DNA of 64,000 nt from Gemmatimonadales bacterium (GTDB lineage: Bacteria > Gemmatimonadota > Gemmatimonadetes > Gemmatimonadales > GWC2-71-9), in contig JBBCJC010000002.1 in the NCBI GenBank assembly GCA_037189525.1, forward strand, positions 1,312,001-1,376,000, read 5' to 3'. A program made the translations under genes and the position numbers. The notes beneath the pieces are model-generated. The model saw only the letters and a program-made list of their open reading frames with translations, was not told the origin of the DNA and made no database searches. Positions 10,869 through 20,410 of the stretch are shown one piece after another (the first letter of the stretch is position 1; each line of letters starts with the position of its first letter).

Positions 10869-11360
10869 TCAGGCTGGCTGGAGAGGGCGTGAACTTAGGC
10901 GTCCGCCCCGGACCGTGGCGCCGATGACGATCGCGGTGCTGATCAGGACCAGGTTCTTGATGATGTACTGGCCTTCCAGGGTCGGCGCAAAGGGTGTCAC
11001 GGTAAACATTTCGCCGGGAAACAGCACCAGGGGCACGAAGGTGCCGATCATCTGAAGGCAGAGCAGCAGCAAGGTGATGCGCAGAAAGCGACCGGTCAGG
11101 AGGCCAACGCCGATCAGGACTTCCCAGGCGGCCAGGATGGGCAGCCCCAGCCCCGGCTGTACCAGGCCGAAGCTGATCGTCGCAATGGTCCGGGTCGACA
11201 GGTCTTCGGCGGGACTCCATCCGGGGATGAATTTGATTGCGCCGAACCAGAGAAACACCAACCCGAGCGAGATACGCGCGAGGCTGACGCCGTGACGGGC
11301 CATCCATGCGGTGATGGAAGCGTCGATCGAGTCGATCGGAGGCGGAACGGGGTTCGTCAT
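10869..11360 (-). CDS. DoxX-family membrane protein
   Basis: RISLGLVFLWFGAIKF, EVLIGVGLL, GQYIIKNLVL. Confidence 0.8.
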   Translation of the reverse strand: MTNPVPPPIDSIDASITAWMARHGVSLARISLGLVFLWFGAIKFIPGWSPAEDLSTRTIATISFGLVQPGLGLPILAAWEVLIGVGLLTGRFLRITLLLLCLQMIGTFVPLVLFPGEMFTVTPFAPTLEGQYIIKNLVLISTAIVIGATVRGGRLSSRPLQPA

Positions 11361-11487
11361 AGTGTTCGGAAATTCGCACGAGAGCCGAGCCTGCACCAGC
11401 CCGGACCGCGGGTGCATCTGCCGTCCTGATCGGGTACATTTCCAGGCTGTTCATCCTCCTTGTTACTCGTTGCCCCGAGGGTCCTCC

Positions 11488-12933
11488 ATGATGATCCGTG
11501 CTGCGACCGGAACCGCCCTGCTGCTCGTCGTTGCGTCTTCACCGCTGATTGCGCAGCGAGCGTCCTCATTCCATGCGGACTTACGGCAGTATGTCGCGGT
11601 CGATGCTCCGGTCATTGCCCTTACCAATGCCACGCTGATCGACGGCACGGGCGCGGCGCCGCGGTCGGGGCAGACGATCATCATTTCCGGCAACCGGATT
11701 CAGGCGGTCGGGCCGAGCGGATCGGTGACCGTGCCGGCGGGGGCGCGTGTGGTGGATGCCGCGGGGCACACGGTGATTCCCGGCCTCATGGGCATGCACG
11801 ATCACATGTTCTACACCACCCAGGCCGGGATGGTGCAATCGCCGTATTCGTTTCCCCGGCTCTATCTGGGCACCGGAGTCACGACGGTTCGGACGACTGG
11901 CAGCTTTGCACCCTACGCGGAACTCAATCTCAAGAACAACATCGAGCGGAACCAGATGCCCGGCCCGCGGATGCATATCACCGGTCCGTATCTGATTTCG
12001 CAGGGCAACGATCTCCGGCTCGATCAGATGGGGATGCACAAGCTGGAAACCGAAGCCGCGGCACGGCGGGTGGTCCGGCATTGGGCCGAAGAGGGTGCGG
12101 AGTGGATCAAGGGATATACCCAGCTTTCGCGCGAGATCTTCCGCGCGGTGATCGATGAGGCGCACAAGAACGGCATGAAGGTGACCGGACACCTCTGTTC
12201 CATCAGCTTCACCGAAGCCGTCGAGCTCGGCATCGACAACATCGAGCACGGGTTCCGCACCAATTCGGACTACGATACCGCCAAGAAGCCGGATGAGTGT
12301 CCCCCGAGCCACTTCGAGACGCTGGGCCAGCTCGACATGAAGGATCCGCGCATCGGGCGGACCTTCAAGACCATGATCGACAACAACGTGCCGATGACGA
12401 CCACGTCGGTCAACGAACAGCTGGCGCCCAATCGCCCGGGGCCGGATGCGCGTGTCCTGGCGGTGATGGCGCCGTGGATTGCCGAGCAGGAACTCGACCG
12501 CCGGAAGCGTCTGGATGCGTCGGTGCCCGGTGGCGAGATCTATCCGAAGATGCGGGAGATCTACCCGCGGTCGTTGGCATATGAGTTGGCGTTCGTACGG
12601 GCAGGTGGTGTGCTGGCCGCCGGCGTCGATCCGGCGTTCGGCGCGGTGGCGGGATACGGCAACCTGCGGGTGCTGGAGTTGCTTCTCGAGGCTGGGTTCA
12701 CCACGCCAGAGGCCGTCAAGGTGCTGACCTCGAATGGAGCGGTCGTGCTTGGTGTGCAGAAGGATATCGGGACGGTCGAGCCTGGCAAGCTGGCCGACCT
12801 GATTCTCCTGCGCGGCAACTTGGCCAACGATCCGAAGGTCATCTATGAAACGGTCACCGTCTTCAAGGACGGCATCGGCTACGACTCCGCGAAGCTGATC
12901 GCGGATGTGAAGGGGCAGGTCGGCATCCGCTAG
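11488..12933 (+). CDS. Amidohydrolase-family protein (secreted)
   Basis: Signal peptide, PGLMGMHDH, GVTTVR, IEHG, GTVEPGKLADLILL. Confidence 0.9.
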   Translation: MMIRAATGTALLLVVASSPLIAQRASSFHADLRQYVAVDAPVIALTNATLIDGTGAAPRSGQTIIISGNRIQAVGPSGSVTVPAGARVVDAAGHTVIPGLMGMHDHMFYTTQAGMVQSPYSFPRLYLGTGVTTVRTTGSFAPYAELNLKNNIERNQMPGPRMHITGPYLISQGNDLRLDQMGMHKLETEAAARRVVRHWAEEGAEWIKGYTQLSREIFRAVIDEAHKNGMKVTGHLCSISFTEAVELGIDNIEHGFRTNSDYDTAKKPDECPPSHFETLGQLDMKDPRIGRTFKTMIDNNVPMTTTSVNEQLAPNRPGPDARVLAVMAPWIAEQELDRRKRLDASVPGGEIYPKMREIYPRSLAYELAFVRAGGVLAAGVDPAFGAVAGYGNLRVLELLLEAGFTTPEAVKVLTSNGAVVLGVQKDIGTVEPGKLADLILLRGNLANDPKVIYETVTVFKDGIGYDSAKLIADVKGQVGIR

Positions 12934-12978
12934 GTCCGCTCGAGGCGCGTCCGGTCGGCAGCGGCCGGGCGCACCTGA

Positions 12979-13392
12979 TCACACCGATGGGTTCTTCCGA
13001 AACCAGTCGACGATTCCCGGCATGTTGGCTTCGAAGCCGCCCGGGATGAACACGTTCAGGACGCCGGCGCGCCGGTCGGTCCGGTTCTCGAAATCGTGGA
13101 CGACCGTGGCGGGGATGCGCAGAAACGTTCCGGCCGGCGCGTTGACATAGCGATCCCCTGCTCGGAAGGTCATCGTTCCTTCGATCACATAGAACAACTC
13201 CTCATTGGCCTCATGCGCATGCGGTCCCGGACCGGGTTTGCCGGGCTCGACCCACCAGATCGACGCCGAGTAGCGATTGCCCGTTTCATCGCCGTCGGCG
13301 AGGAAGAGGGCGTGCATGGGTCCGCAGTCGTAGTGCCGGCCTTCTCCGGGGGGCAGGATGATCACGGCCTCCGGCAAACGGGTGGGGTCCAT
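12979..13392 (-). CDS. Cupin domain protein
   Basis: GPHAHEANEELFYVIEG...VVHDF motifs. Confidence 0.88.
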   Translation of the reverse strand: MDPTRLPEAVIILPPGEGRHYDCGPMHALFLADGDETGNRYSASIWWVEPGKPGPGPHAHEANEELFYVIEGTMTFRAGDRYVNAPAGTFLRIPATVVHDFENRTDRRAGVLNVFIPGGFEANMPGIVDWFRKNPSV

Positions 13393-13532
13393 CGTGCCTC
13401 CGGTCGAATGGCTGGGTTTCCCAATCTATCGGCTGGGCTTGCCCGGGGCGATGTCCGGTTTTCTCCAGGTTCTCCGCGTTATCGGATGGCGACCGAAATC
13501 GAACGGTCGAATGTCGAACCTGTGAGGAGAAT

Positions 13533-14048
13533 ATGATGCCCATCCGTCGTGCCGCCGGCTGCTTTGCTACCATCCTGTTTGCGTCGACTCTGGCCGCCTG
13601 CAACGGCGCGGGGGACTTGATTGGTCCGGAACCGTGGCAGCCGGGACAGCCCACCGATGGGCGCCAGTTCCACGGCATCTATCGCCTGGTGTCGATCAAC
13701 GGGAATGCGCTGTCCACGCCGTACGTCCAACATCATCTGGGGAACGGAACCTTCGGCAAGCAGTTCGTCACCGATGGCCGGCTGGAGCTTCGCAGTGATG
13801 GGACGTACACCCTGTTTCTCAACAAGGCGCTCCAGATCGGGAACGGCCCGCTGGTGATGGGGCCGCTCAATCGGACGGGCAACTGGATGTACCAGCCGGG
13901 GCAGGCAGGGGATATGAGTGGTCCGATTCGGCTCGACTACACCGGCGGGCACGACCTGGTCGATGCAACGCCGTACACGGTGACGGATCTGCGCCACCTC
14001 GATCCCTTCAGTGACGGATCCGAGCGGCTGGTCTACTCGAAGGAGTGA
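13533..14048 (+). CDS. Hypothetical lipoprotein (lipocalin-like)
   Basis: AGGAG RBS, lipobox LAAC, GIYRLVSING...LELRSDGTY. Confidence 0.65.
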   Translation: MMPIRRAAGCFATILFASTLAACNGAGDLIGPEPWQPGQPTDGRQFHGIYRLVSINGNALSTPYVQHHLGNGTFGKQFVTDGRLELRSDGTYTLFLNKALQIGNGPLVMGPLNRTGNWMYQPGQAGDMSGPIRLDYTGGHDLVDATPYTVTDLRHLDPFSDGSERLVYSKE

Positions 14049-14053
14049 TGCGA

Positions 14054-14088
14054 CAGATGGCCCGCTCCCGATCGGAGCAGGCCACCTG
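14054..14088. terminator. Stem-loop between convergent genes
   Basis: cagatggcccgctcc...ggagcaggccacctg imperfect inverted repeat. Confidence 0.45.
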
Positions 14089-14096
14089 CTGCGGAG

Positions 14097-15284
14097 CTAC
14101 TGCAGTTTCTTGAGGGCGTCGGCGGCTCTCGTGTTGCCAGGATTGAGTTCCAACGATCGGCGGTAGTAACCGATGGCTTTCGCCTTGTCCCCCTTGGCGG
14201 CCCAGATGGCGCCCAGACGATCGTGGCTTCGCGGGCTGTTCGGATAGAGCCGGGTACCGATCTCGAAGAAGCCGATGGCTTTGGTCGTATCCTGTGAGAG
14301 GGCGATCTGTCCCAGCTGGTTGATGATCGCTTCCGATGGCGTGAACGGCGCGCCGAGCTTGGCCGAAATGGTCTCGTAGTGGGCGGTCAGCAGCGCGGGC
14401 GAGCCGAGCAGGCGTCCCAGGTCGAGCCGGTAGCCGTCGAAAATGAAGCGCAGCGCGTCGTAGGTGGTAATCAGCGGGACCGAGCCGTGGTCGTCGTCAT
14501 CGTAGTACTTGTAGCCGAACCGGAGCCCCGACTTGTTGTACGTCTGGGCCAGGCTGTTGAAGCGCACCATCGCATTGAAGTGCGGATTGGCAGTCGAGTC
14601 GTCCGGGTTGATCGTGTTGGCCTGGCCGAGATACAGCACCTTGTTGCGATAGTCGGCGTTCGACAGCCGCTCCTTGGTGGTTTTGAGCAGGACGGCATTG
14701 TCCCACCAGAGGCTCGGGTCGATCGCGACGTAGGCGTTGAACGTCTCCGGAATGGTAAAGAGCGCGTTGATGGTCGTGATGCCGCCCAGGGAATGCCCGA
14801 CGAAGATCCGATACGGTGTCGTTCGATACTTGGTGTCGGTGTCCGGGATCAGTTCGTTCTTGATGAACGACAGGAAGTTGGCCATGCCGCCACTGGTGCG
14901 GAACGCCTCGGTCGGTTTGCCGTCGAATCCGACGGTGACCTTGGTCGGCGTCATGTCACGGGTGCGATTCGTATTGGGAATCGCGACCACGATCATCTCG
15001 GGAACCGCGTAGGTCCCGTTGACGCCGGTGCCGAGAATCTGGGCCAGGCCGGTAACGGAGTGGAAATGGGCGTCGCCGTCGAGCAGGTACAGGACCGGAT
15101 ACCGTTGCGGGGCGAAGGTCGTATCGCTGTACGATGGCGGTGTATAGACCAGGAAACGCCGGGTCTCTCCGAGCGTCTGGGATCGGAGTGAGTCGCGCAC
15201 GCCGATCGTCAGCGGGTAGCGGCCTTGGGCCGTTGCGGTGCTGGAACAGATCAGCGCAGCCAGAACGAGCAGCAGGTATCGCAT
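14097..15284 (-). CDS. Alpha/beta hydrolase (IroE/esterase-like) with C-terminal TPR
   Basis: YPVLYLLDG, GHSLGG nucleophile motif, SLWW, terminal TPR. Confidence 0.9.
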   Translation of the reverse strand: MRYLLLVLAALICSSTATAQGRYPLTIGVRDSLRSQTLGETRRFLVYTPPSYSDTTFAPQRYPVLYLLDGDAHFHSVTGLAQILGTGVNGTYAVPEMIVVAIPNTNRTRDMTPTKVTVGFDGKPTEAFRTSGGMANFLSFIKNELIPDTDTKYRTTPYRIFVGHSLGGITTINALFTIPETFNAYVAIDPSLWWDNAVLLKTTKERLSNADYRNKVLYLGQANTINPDDSTANPHFNAMVRFNSLAQTYNKSGLRFGYKYYDDDDHGSVPLITTYDALRFIFDGYRLDLGRLLGSPALLTAHYETISAKLGAPFTPSEAIINQLGQIALSQDTTKAIGFFEIGTRLYPNSPRSHDRLGAIWAAKGDKAKAIGYYRRSLELNPGNTRAADALKKLQ

Positions 15285-15395
15285 CGAATGTGTCGTGGGA
15301 GAGTGGACCTTCAAGTTATCACGCTGATTCACTCGTCGGCAGAGGCCGGTTACCTTCGAGGTATCGTAAGGGTAACCTCAACCGGGATTCGTGCC

Positions 15396-15680
15396 ATGGC
15401 TCGTCGGAAGACTACCTCCAAAGTTCGCACCACCGCCAAGGCTCGTCCGCGTCGTAAGGCGGCGCGTGACCTTGAGCGCACCTACACGCGGTCGCAGTTC
15501 ATCGCGAAGCTGCGTCGCTTTGCCGATGCGCTCGAAGAGCGCAAGCCGTTCGCGATCCAGATTGCCGGCGAACGTCTGCACATCCCGGCCAAAGCGCTCT
15601 TCAATATCGAGCATGAGCGGGCCGGCGGGCAGGACGAACTCGAGTTTCAGCTTCGCTGGGAAACGCCGCGGGTCAAGTAG
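15396..15680 (+). CDS. Amphi-Trp domain protein
   Basis: FIAKLRRFADAL...IEHER...ELEFQLRW. Confidence 0.85.
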   Translation: MARRKTTSKVRTTAKARPRRKAARDLERTYTRSQFIAKLRRFADALEERKPFAIQIAGERLHIPAKALFNIEHERAGGQDELEFQLRWETPRVK

Positions 15681-15727
15681 CTCCTCCACGAACGGAAGCC
15701 GATCGCCAACCCTGACGCCGAACGTCG

Positions 15728-16945
15728 ATGTCCACGACCACCGACGCAGGCAGCCCCGTCCGGCCGGGTTGGCGCGCCGTACCCGGGAACGTCTGGGCGC
15801 TCGGGTTTGTCTCGATGCTGATGGACATCTCCTCGGAAGCGATTCACGCCCTCCTTCCGATCTACATGGTCACCGTACTCGGCACATCGGTGCTGGCCGT
15901 AGGCCTGATCGAGGGGATTGCCGAGGCCACCGCCTCGGTGGTCAAGGTGTTTTCGGGGGCGCTCAGCGATCGGCTGGGTAAGCGGAAGCTCCTGGCCGGC
16001 CTGGGCTATGGCTTGAGCGCGTTGACCAAACCGGTCTTTCCGCTGGCCGGAACGTTAGGCTGGCTGGTCGGGGCGCGGTTCATCGATCGGGTAGGGAAGG
16101 GCATTCGGGGGGCGCCCAGGGATGCGTTGATTGCGGATGTCACGCCGCCCGACCTGCGGGGCGCGGCATACGGGCTGCGACAGACGCTCGATACCATCGG
16201 CGCCTTCGTGGGCTCGCTCCTGGCCATCGGGCTGATGTGGCTCTTTGCGAACCGTTTCCAGGCCGTGTTCTGGGTGGCCACGATCCCCGCGTTTCTCGCG
16301 ATAGCGGTGCTGTTGGTCTTCGTTCGCGAGCCTGACCATTCGTCGGTTTCCCGTCCTCGAGCCGTGCTGAATCGCGAAGCCCTGGTGCATTTGGGGGGCG
16401 ACTACTGGTGGATCGTCGGGGTCGGGGTCGTCTTCACTCTGGCTCGCTTCAGCGAGGCATTCCTGCTCCTGCGCGCCGTCGATGCGGGGTTGTCACCGAT
16501 GTGGGCCCCGGCGGTGCTGGTCGTGATGGGTGTCGCGTTCTCGCTGTCGGCTTACCCAGCTGGCGCCTTGTCGGATCGGGTCAGCCGGGTCACCGTACTC
16601 GCCATCGGTATGGGGTGCTTGGCGGCTGCGGATCTCGTGCTGGCGTTTGCGCCGGGGCTGGGTGGCCTGGCGCTGGGTGTGGTGCTCTGGGGCGTTCACA
16701 TGGGCTTTACCCAGGGAGTGCTTGGTGCGCTGATCGCGGATAGCGCACCTGCAGACCGGCGCGGCACGGCTTTTGGCGTCTTCCATCTGCTTACCGGCTT
16801 GGCGCTGCTGCTTGCCAGTGTGATTGCCGGCATGCTCTGGGACTGGATCGGATATCGGGGGACCTTCGTGAGCGGTGCCGGCCTGGCGATGCTGACGGTG
16901 GTCGGACTGGTCATGTTCCGATATCGTACCTCCCGATTGGCCTGA
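15728..16945 (+). CDS. MFS transporter
   Basis: GALSDRLGKRK motif, DRVGKGIRGAPRDA, ~12 TM segments. Confidence 0.92.
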   Translation: MSTTTDAGSPVRPGWRAVPGNVWALGFVSMLMDISSEAIHALLPIYMVTVLGTSVLAVGLIEGIAEATASVVKVFSGALSDRLGKRKLLAGLGYGLSALTKPVFPLAGTLGWLVGARFIDRVGKGIRGAPRDALIADVTPPDLRGAAYGLRQTLDTIGAFVGSLLAIGLMWLFANRFQAVFWVATIPAFLAIAVLLVFVREPDHSSVSRPRAVLNREALVHLGGDYWWIVGVGVVFTLARFSEAFLLLRAVDAGLSPMWAPAVLVVMGVAFSLSAYPAGALSDRVSRVTVLAIGMGCLAAADLVLAFAPGLGGLALGVVLWGVHMGFTQGVLGALIADSAPADRRGTAFGVFHLLTGLALLLASVIAGMLWDWIGYRGTFVSGAGLAMLTVVGLVMFRYRTSRLA

Positions 16946-17040
16946 CTCGGCCGCGCGGGATCGCTGGGCCGCCGAGCTTGGCAAGCGAGTACTGCGTACC
17001 AGGCGAAGACGCTTCGGTGGGCACGGCGTTTTCGTGGAGC

Positions 17041-17112
17041 AGCGTCGGGCGCGAAGGTGGCGACGAAGCGATCCGGTTCTTTACCGAGCCCAAGAGCGTT
17101 TGCATCAAGCTT
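17041..17112 (+). pseudogene. Orphan C-terminal fragment of an aldehyde dehydrogenase
   Basis: Reads SVGREGGDEAIRFFTEPKSVCIKL, the ALDH C-terminal signature, with no ALDH sequence upstream. Confidence 0.6.
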
Positions 17113-17127
17113 CTTAGGAGCGCTCGA

Positions 17128-17673
17128 TCATCGCTGGTGCGCTAGATACTCGGTGACCTCGGTCTTGGCTGCTTCGATGAGGTCGGCTGGGGCCGCACCC
17201 ATGACGCGAAGTGCGCGGACGGCCACGCCGAACTCCGCGGCGCAGGCCGCCTGGAGCACATGGGCGCTCAACAACGGGCAACGGACGTCCTGCCTTTGGT
17301 CGTTTTCGACGATGGTGCGCAGCCGTTCCATCAACGCTTGCGCCGACGCTTGTACTCGATAGGCTTTGCCGGGAGACAGGGGGCGGGCCTCGTTCAGGTC
17401 GGCGTCGTGCGGAGCGTTGATGCCTAGGTTCTCTAGGGCGTCGCGGTATTGCTGCGCAATCGCATCCTGAAATCGTTCGGGGTCTGCCTGGATGCGGTGC
17501 AGGGCCTTTCGGGCCGTGCCGTCCGGCAACGCCAGGGCGGACAGTACCACATGCTCTGCCCCGGGTTCCTTCTGGCCATCGGCGTTGGCATAGCGCTCGG
17601 CGGTCAGCAGCAGCGCCTTGATGGTTCCCATATCGCGGATGCGCTGTCGGACGAGTCTGACGAACGTGAACAT
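17128..17673 (-). CDS. Clp protease N-terminal (repeat) domain protein
   Basis: AERYA...PGAEHVVLSAL and LLSAHVLQAA...AVRALRVMG repeats. Confidence 0.8.
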   Translation of the reverse strand: MFTFVRLVRQRIRDMGTIKALLLTAERYANADGQKEPGAEHVVLSALALPDGTARKALHRIQADPERFQDAIAQQYRDALENLGINAPHDADLNEARPLSPGKAYRVQASAQALMERLRTIVENDQRQDVRCPLLSAHVLQAACAAEFGVAVRALRVMGAAPADLIEAAKTEVTEYLAHQR

Positions 17674-17684
17674 CGATGGCTCCT

Positions 17685-17903
17685 TCAGGGAGTCGTCTTG
17701 GATTGCGGGTTGGCCAGCCGGCGGTGGGCGGCCTGCTTCGACACACCGAGCGCCTCGGCGATCTGGGACCAGGACCAGCCCTGGGCGAGGGCGCGGTCCA
17801 CGGCGTTTCGCTCCAGCTTGTCGGCGAGGATCCGAAGCGCCACGACGGCGGCGAGGGCTTCGGCCGGATCGTCCGGGGATGGGAGAGTCGCTGGATTGAT
17901 CAT
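17685..17903 (-). CDS. Small HTH DNA-binding protein
   Basis: AQGWSWSQIAEALGVSKQAAHRR. Confidence 0.85.
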   Translation of the reverse strand: MINPATLPSPDDPAEALAAVVALRILADKLERNAVDRALAQGWSWSQIAEALGVSKQAAHRRLANPQSKTTP

Positions 17904-17904
17904 C

Positions 17905-17950
17905 CGTCAACAATAGTTGACGATCCAAAGAATGTCAACAAAAGTTGACG
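17905..17950 (-). promoter_or_regulatory. Sigma70 promoter with two GTCAAC-N4-GTTGAC operators
   Basis: TTGACA (17938-17933)-N17-TATTGT (17915-17910). Palindromes at 17906-17921 and 17934-17949. Confidence 0.75.
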
Positions 17951-18081
17951 ATGAGATGGTTGGGGGGCGATGGGTTCGTCGCGCCGGGGTCTAATTCGTG
18001 TTTTCGATCGTTGCGGTCGAAATCCCGAGCACGGCTGCTGCTTTGGGAACCCGGGCCGGGGTTGATCCGAGCAGCCGTTCG

Positions 18082-19350
18082 TCAGCGCGTGGCGTGGAGG
18101 GTGGCGGTCAGCTGGCGATCGAGTCCGTAGATGTCCTGGTAGTAGCGTATGCCGCCCTCCGGGATGGCCTCCGCTGTCCCGTAGAACAGAATCACCATCG
18201 TGGGCTGAGTCACGGACATGATTCGGCGACTTGGTCCGGCCATGGCGCGTTCGGTGCTGTCCCGGTTCCAGCCCGGATGGTTCCCCAGACTCCATTCGGC
18301 CATTGCCGTCGGATCCGCCAGCCGGATGCAGCCGTGACTCAGATCGCGGCGCTCTCGGGAAAAGAGATTCTTGTCGGGCGTGTCGTGGAGAAAGATGCTC
18401 GACGGATTGGGGAACTCGAATTTGACGGCGCCGAGGGCATTCCGTTTGGTGGCCCGCTGTCGGATGCGCAGCTCGCCACGGCTCAGGCGGTCGAGTGTAT
18501 CGGTGTCGTAGGTGTCGCCGAGCACGGTGTCGCCCGGTCCGACGATTTCCATGTCGTGTTCGATCAGGTAGCGCGGATTCTTGCGCATGGCGGGCAGCAG
18601 TTCGCCCGCAAGAATGCTCTGGGGGACGTTCCAGAACGGGCGGAACTCGACGGTGCGCATTTGCGCAGCAAGCTGAGGCGTTCGGGTCGACCGGGCGCGC
18701 CCGACGATGACCGGCATGGTGAGTGCCGCGCTGCCCCCGAAGTCTGGGGAGTCGAACGCGGAGAGTTGGAATGCCGGGATGTTGACCAGGACGATCCGTC
18801 CCTCCACGCGACGAGGCAGCCAGCGGAGGCGCTCCATCGTGAGCCGGATCTTCTGGGTCGGTTCCGATGAATCCCTTGGGGCGCGCCGAAGCGCCTCGCG
18901 CAGTTGGCGATACTGCGGAAACGCCGGGGCCATGGCGTCGATCAATTCGGGGACGGTGTCCGCAGCGAGCGCGGTCCGGACGGCGGCGGCAATGTCGACC
19001 TGCTCGTTCTGGCGAGTGTTTGAATAGGGGTTGGGCCGGACCCGGCCGTACCGCAGGTCCTCGGCGAGGCGGATCAGGTTGATTGTGAGGGCGCTGTCCG
19101 CGGCGATCGGGTCGGTGCGGATCAACTGCTCGAGTCGCGGGAGGCCGTATCGCGCGGGTGGGAGTCCGTGCTCCTCAGCGGACCGGATCGCGGCCAGGGC
19201 CCGAGCGGCGCCGCGTTGTGCATCTGCCGATCCCGTCGGGGACAGCGATACGGCAACGAGGATGGCGAGAGATCTGATCCACGGTTGCTTGCGGGAGCGG
19301 GCTCGCTCCGGCGGCCTTGATGCGAGCAGGTCGTGCGTGCGATCTCTCAT
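18082..19350 (-). CDS. L,D-transpeptidase (YcbB/LdtD-like)
   Basis: VNIPAFQL, PFWNVPQSI, NALGAVKF, IFLHDTP, SHGCIRL. Confidence 0.9.
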   Translation of the reverse strand: MRDRTHDLLASRPPERARSRKQPWIRSLAILVAVSLSPTGSADAQRGAARALAAIRSAEEHGLPPARYGLPRLEQLIRTDPIAADSALTINLIRLAEDLRYGRVRPNPYSNTRQNEQVDIAAAVRTALAADTVPELIDAMAPAFPQYRQLREALRRAPRDSSEPTQKIRLTMERLRWLPRRVEGRIVLVNIPAFQLSAFDSPDFGGSAALTMPVIVGRARSTRTPQLAAQMRTVEFRPFWNVPQSILAGELLPAMRKNPRYLIEHDMEIVGPGDTVLGDTYDTDTLDRLSRGELRIRQRATKRNALGAVKFEFPNPSSIFLHDTPDKNLFSRERRDLSHGCIRLADPTAMAEWSLGNHPGWNRDSTERAMAGPSRRIMSVTQPTMVILFYGTAEAIPEGGIRYYQDIYGLDRQLTATLHATR

Positions 19351-19465
19351 CGCTTCGTATGCGCCGGAGCGCCTTTGCGGCGTGGGCGCGTGTGAACCGG
19401 GCTGATCTAGTAGGAGCGAAGCCTCGTCGACGCCAATGGCCGACGAGGCTTCGAGTTGTGACGAG

Positions 19466-19539
19466 CGGGCCCGGCGAGATTCGAACTCACGACCTCTTGC
19501 TCCGGAGGCAAGCGCTCTATCCAGCTGAGCTACGGGCCC
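19466..19539 (-). tRNA. tRNA-Arg(CCG)
   Basis: GGGCCCG acceptor stem, CTTGC-CT-CCG-GA-GCAAG anticodon arm, TTCGAAT T-loop. Confidence 0.95.
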
Positions 19540-19731
19540 TGATGCATGGCGTCGGAACAGCAGACCGGGATTGCTGCCGAATGAGCACCCGGTTTCCGGG
19601 CCCCCAATACTAATGACGCGGGCCGTTGGCGGTAGCCCTCGATCCCGGAGGCGGGCCCAGCCGGCGGCCACGGCGGTCGGGCGGAACTCGTTGAACAGCA
19701 CCATTTTCCGCGTTTCCGGGGCAGGCTCGAG

Positions 19732-20307
19732 CTAGTCGGCGCCCGGCCGGTCCCAGACTGCTGCCTCAGGCCGGCGGGGCGTCGGCTTCCCCTCGGGCCC
19801 GTAGCCCAGGCGGAGCACGAGTTGGGGTATTCCCCCGCCGGGAACCAGTTCCGCCAATCGCTGGCGCAACGTCGGGACTTCGACCGGCTGATTGAGAAAC
19901 GAGGCGCGGATCCCCGCCGCCGTGGCGAGCAGGAGTACCCGCGCCAGGGCTTGGCCGGACCGGATCCATGCGCCCGGATCGTCGCCGTCAGTGCTCAGGA
20001 CGGCCAGCACCGGCGACCCCCGCACCAATTCGGCGTTCCGCGCAGCGCGGCCGTTGCCCAGGTCGAAGGTCCGCACCACCAGCGGCGCCATGACCGCCGT
20101 CACCGGACTCATCTCGAGCGCATAGCCGGGCATGCCGTCGCCGGCCGAAGTCAGGCCGGAGCGGAGCCAACTGGAAAGCTCGACGCGGAAGTGTGGATCC
20201 GCCATCTGGATGCGGTCGCCGGCCATGACGAGATCGGCCAAGGGAGTACGGGCAGACTCGCCGAGGATCGAAAGCTGCGCACCTGCGCGCCTGGCCTCGA
20301 GCCCCGG
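19732..20307 (-). pseudogene. C-terminal half of an Acg-family nitroreductase-like protein
   Basis: FRVELSSW, AGDGMP, WIRSGQALARVLL, QPVEV, PQLVLRLGY, TPRRP. In-frame TAG just upstream and no N-terminal half seen. Confidence 0.6.
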
Positions 20308-20410
20308 CTATGGTCTCCCGGACTGCCTCGACCTCCTCAAACTACCGGTCGGTTCCCGACGGGGAATGAACCAATTGTGAAGAGTTGCTTAGCTATGTTT
20401 GCCGAAGGTG

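Noticed and set aside
19466..19539. tRNA-Arg(CCG) as a second integration site
   Set aside because: No duplicated 3' tRNA end or integrase found by eye.
19351..19704. N-terminal extension of the L,D-transpeptidase ORF
   Set aside because: It overlaps tRNA-Arg(CCG); the real start is probably at or after 19350.
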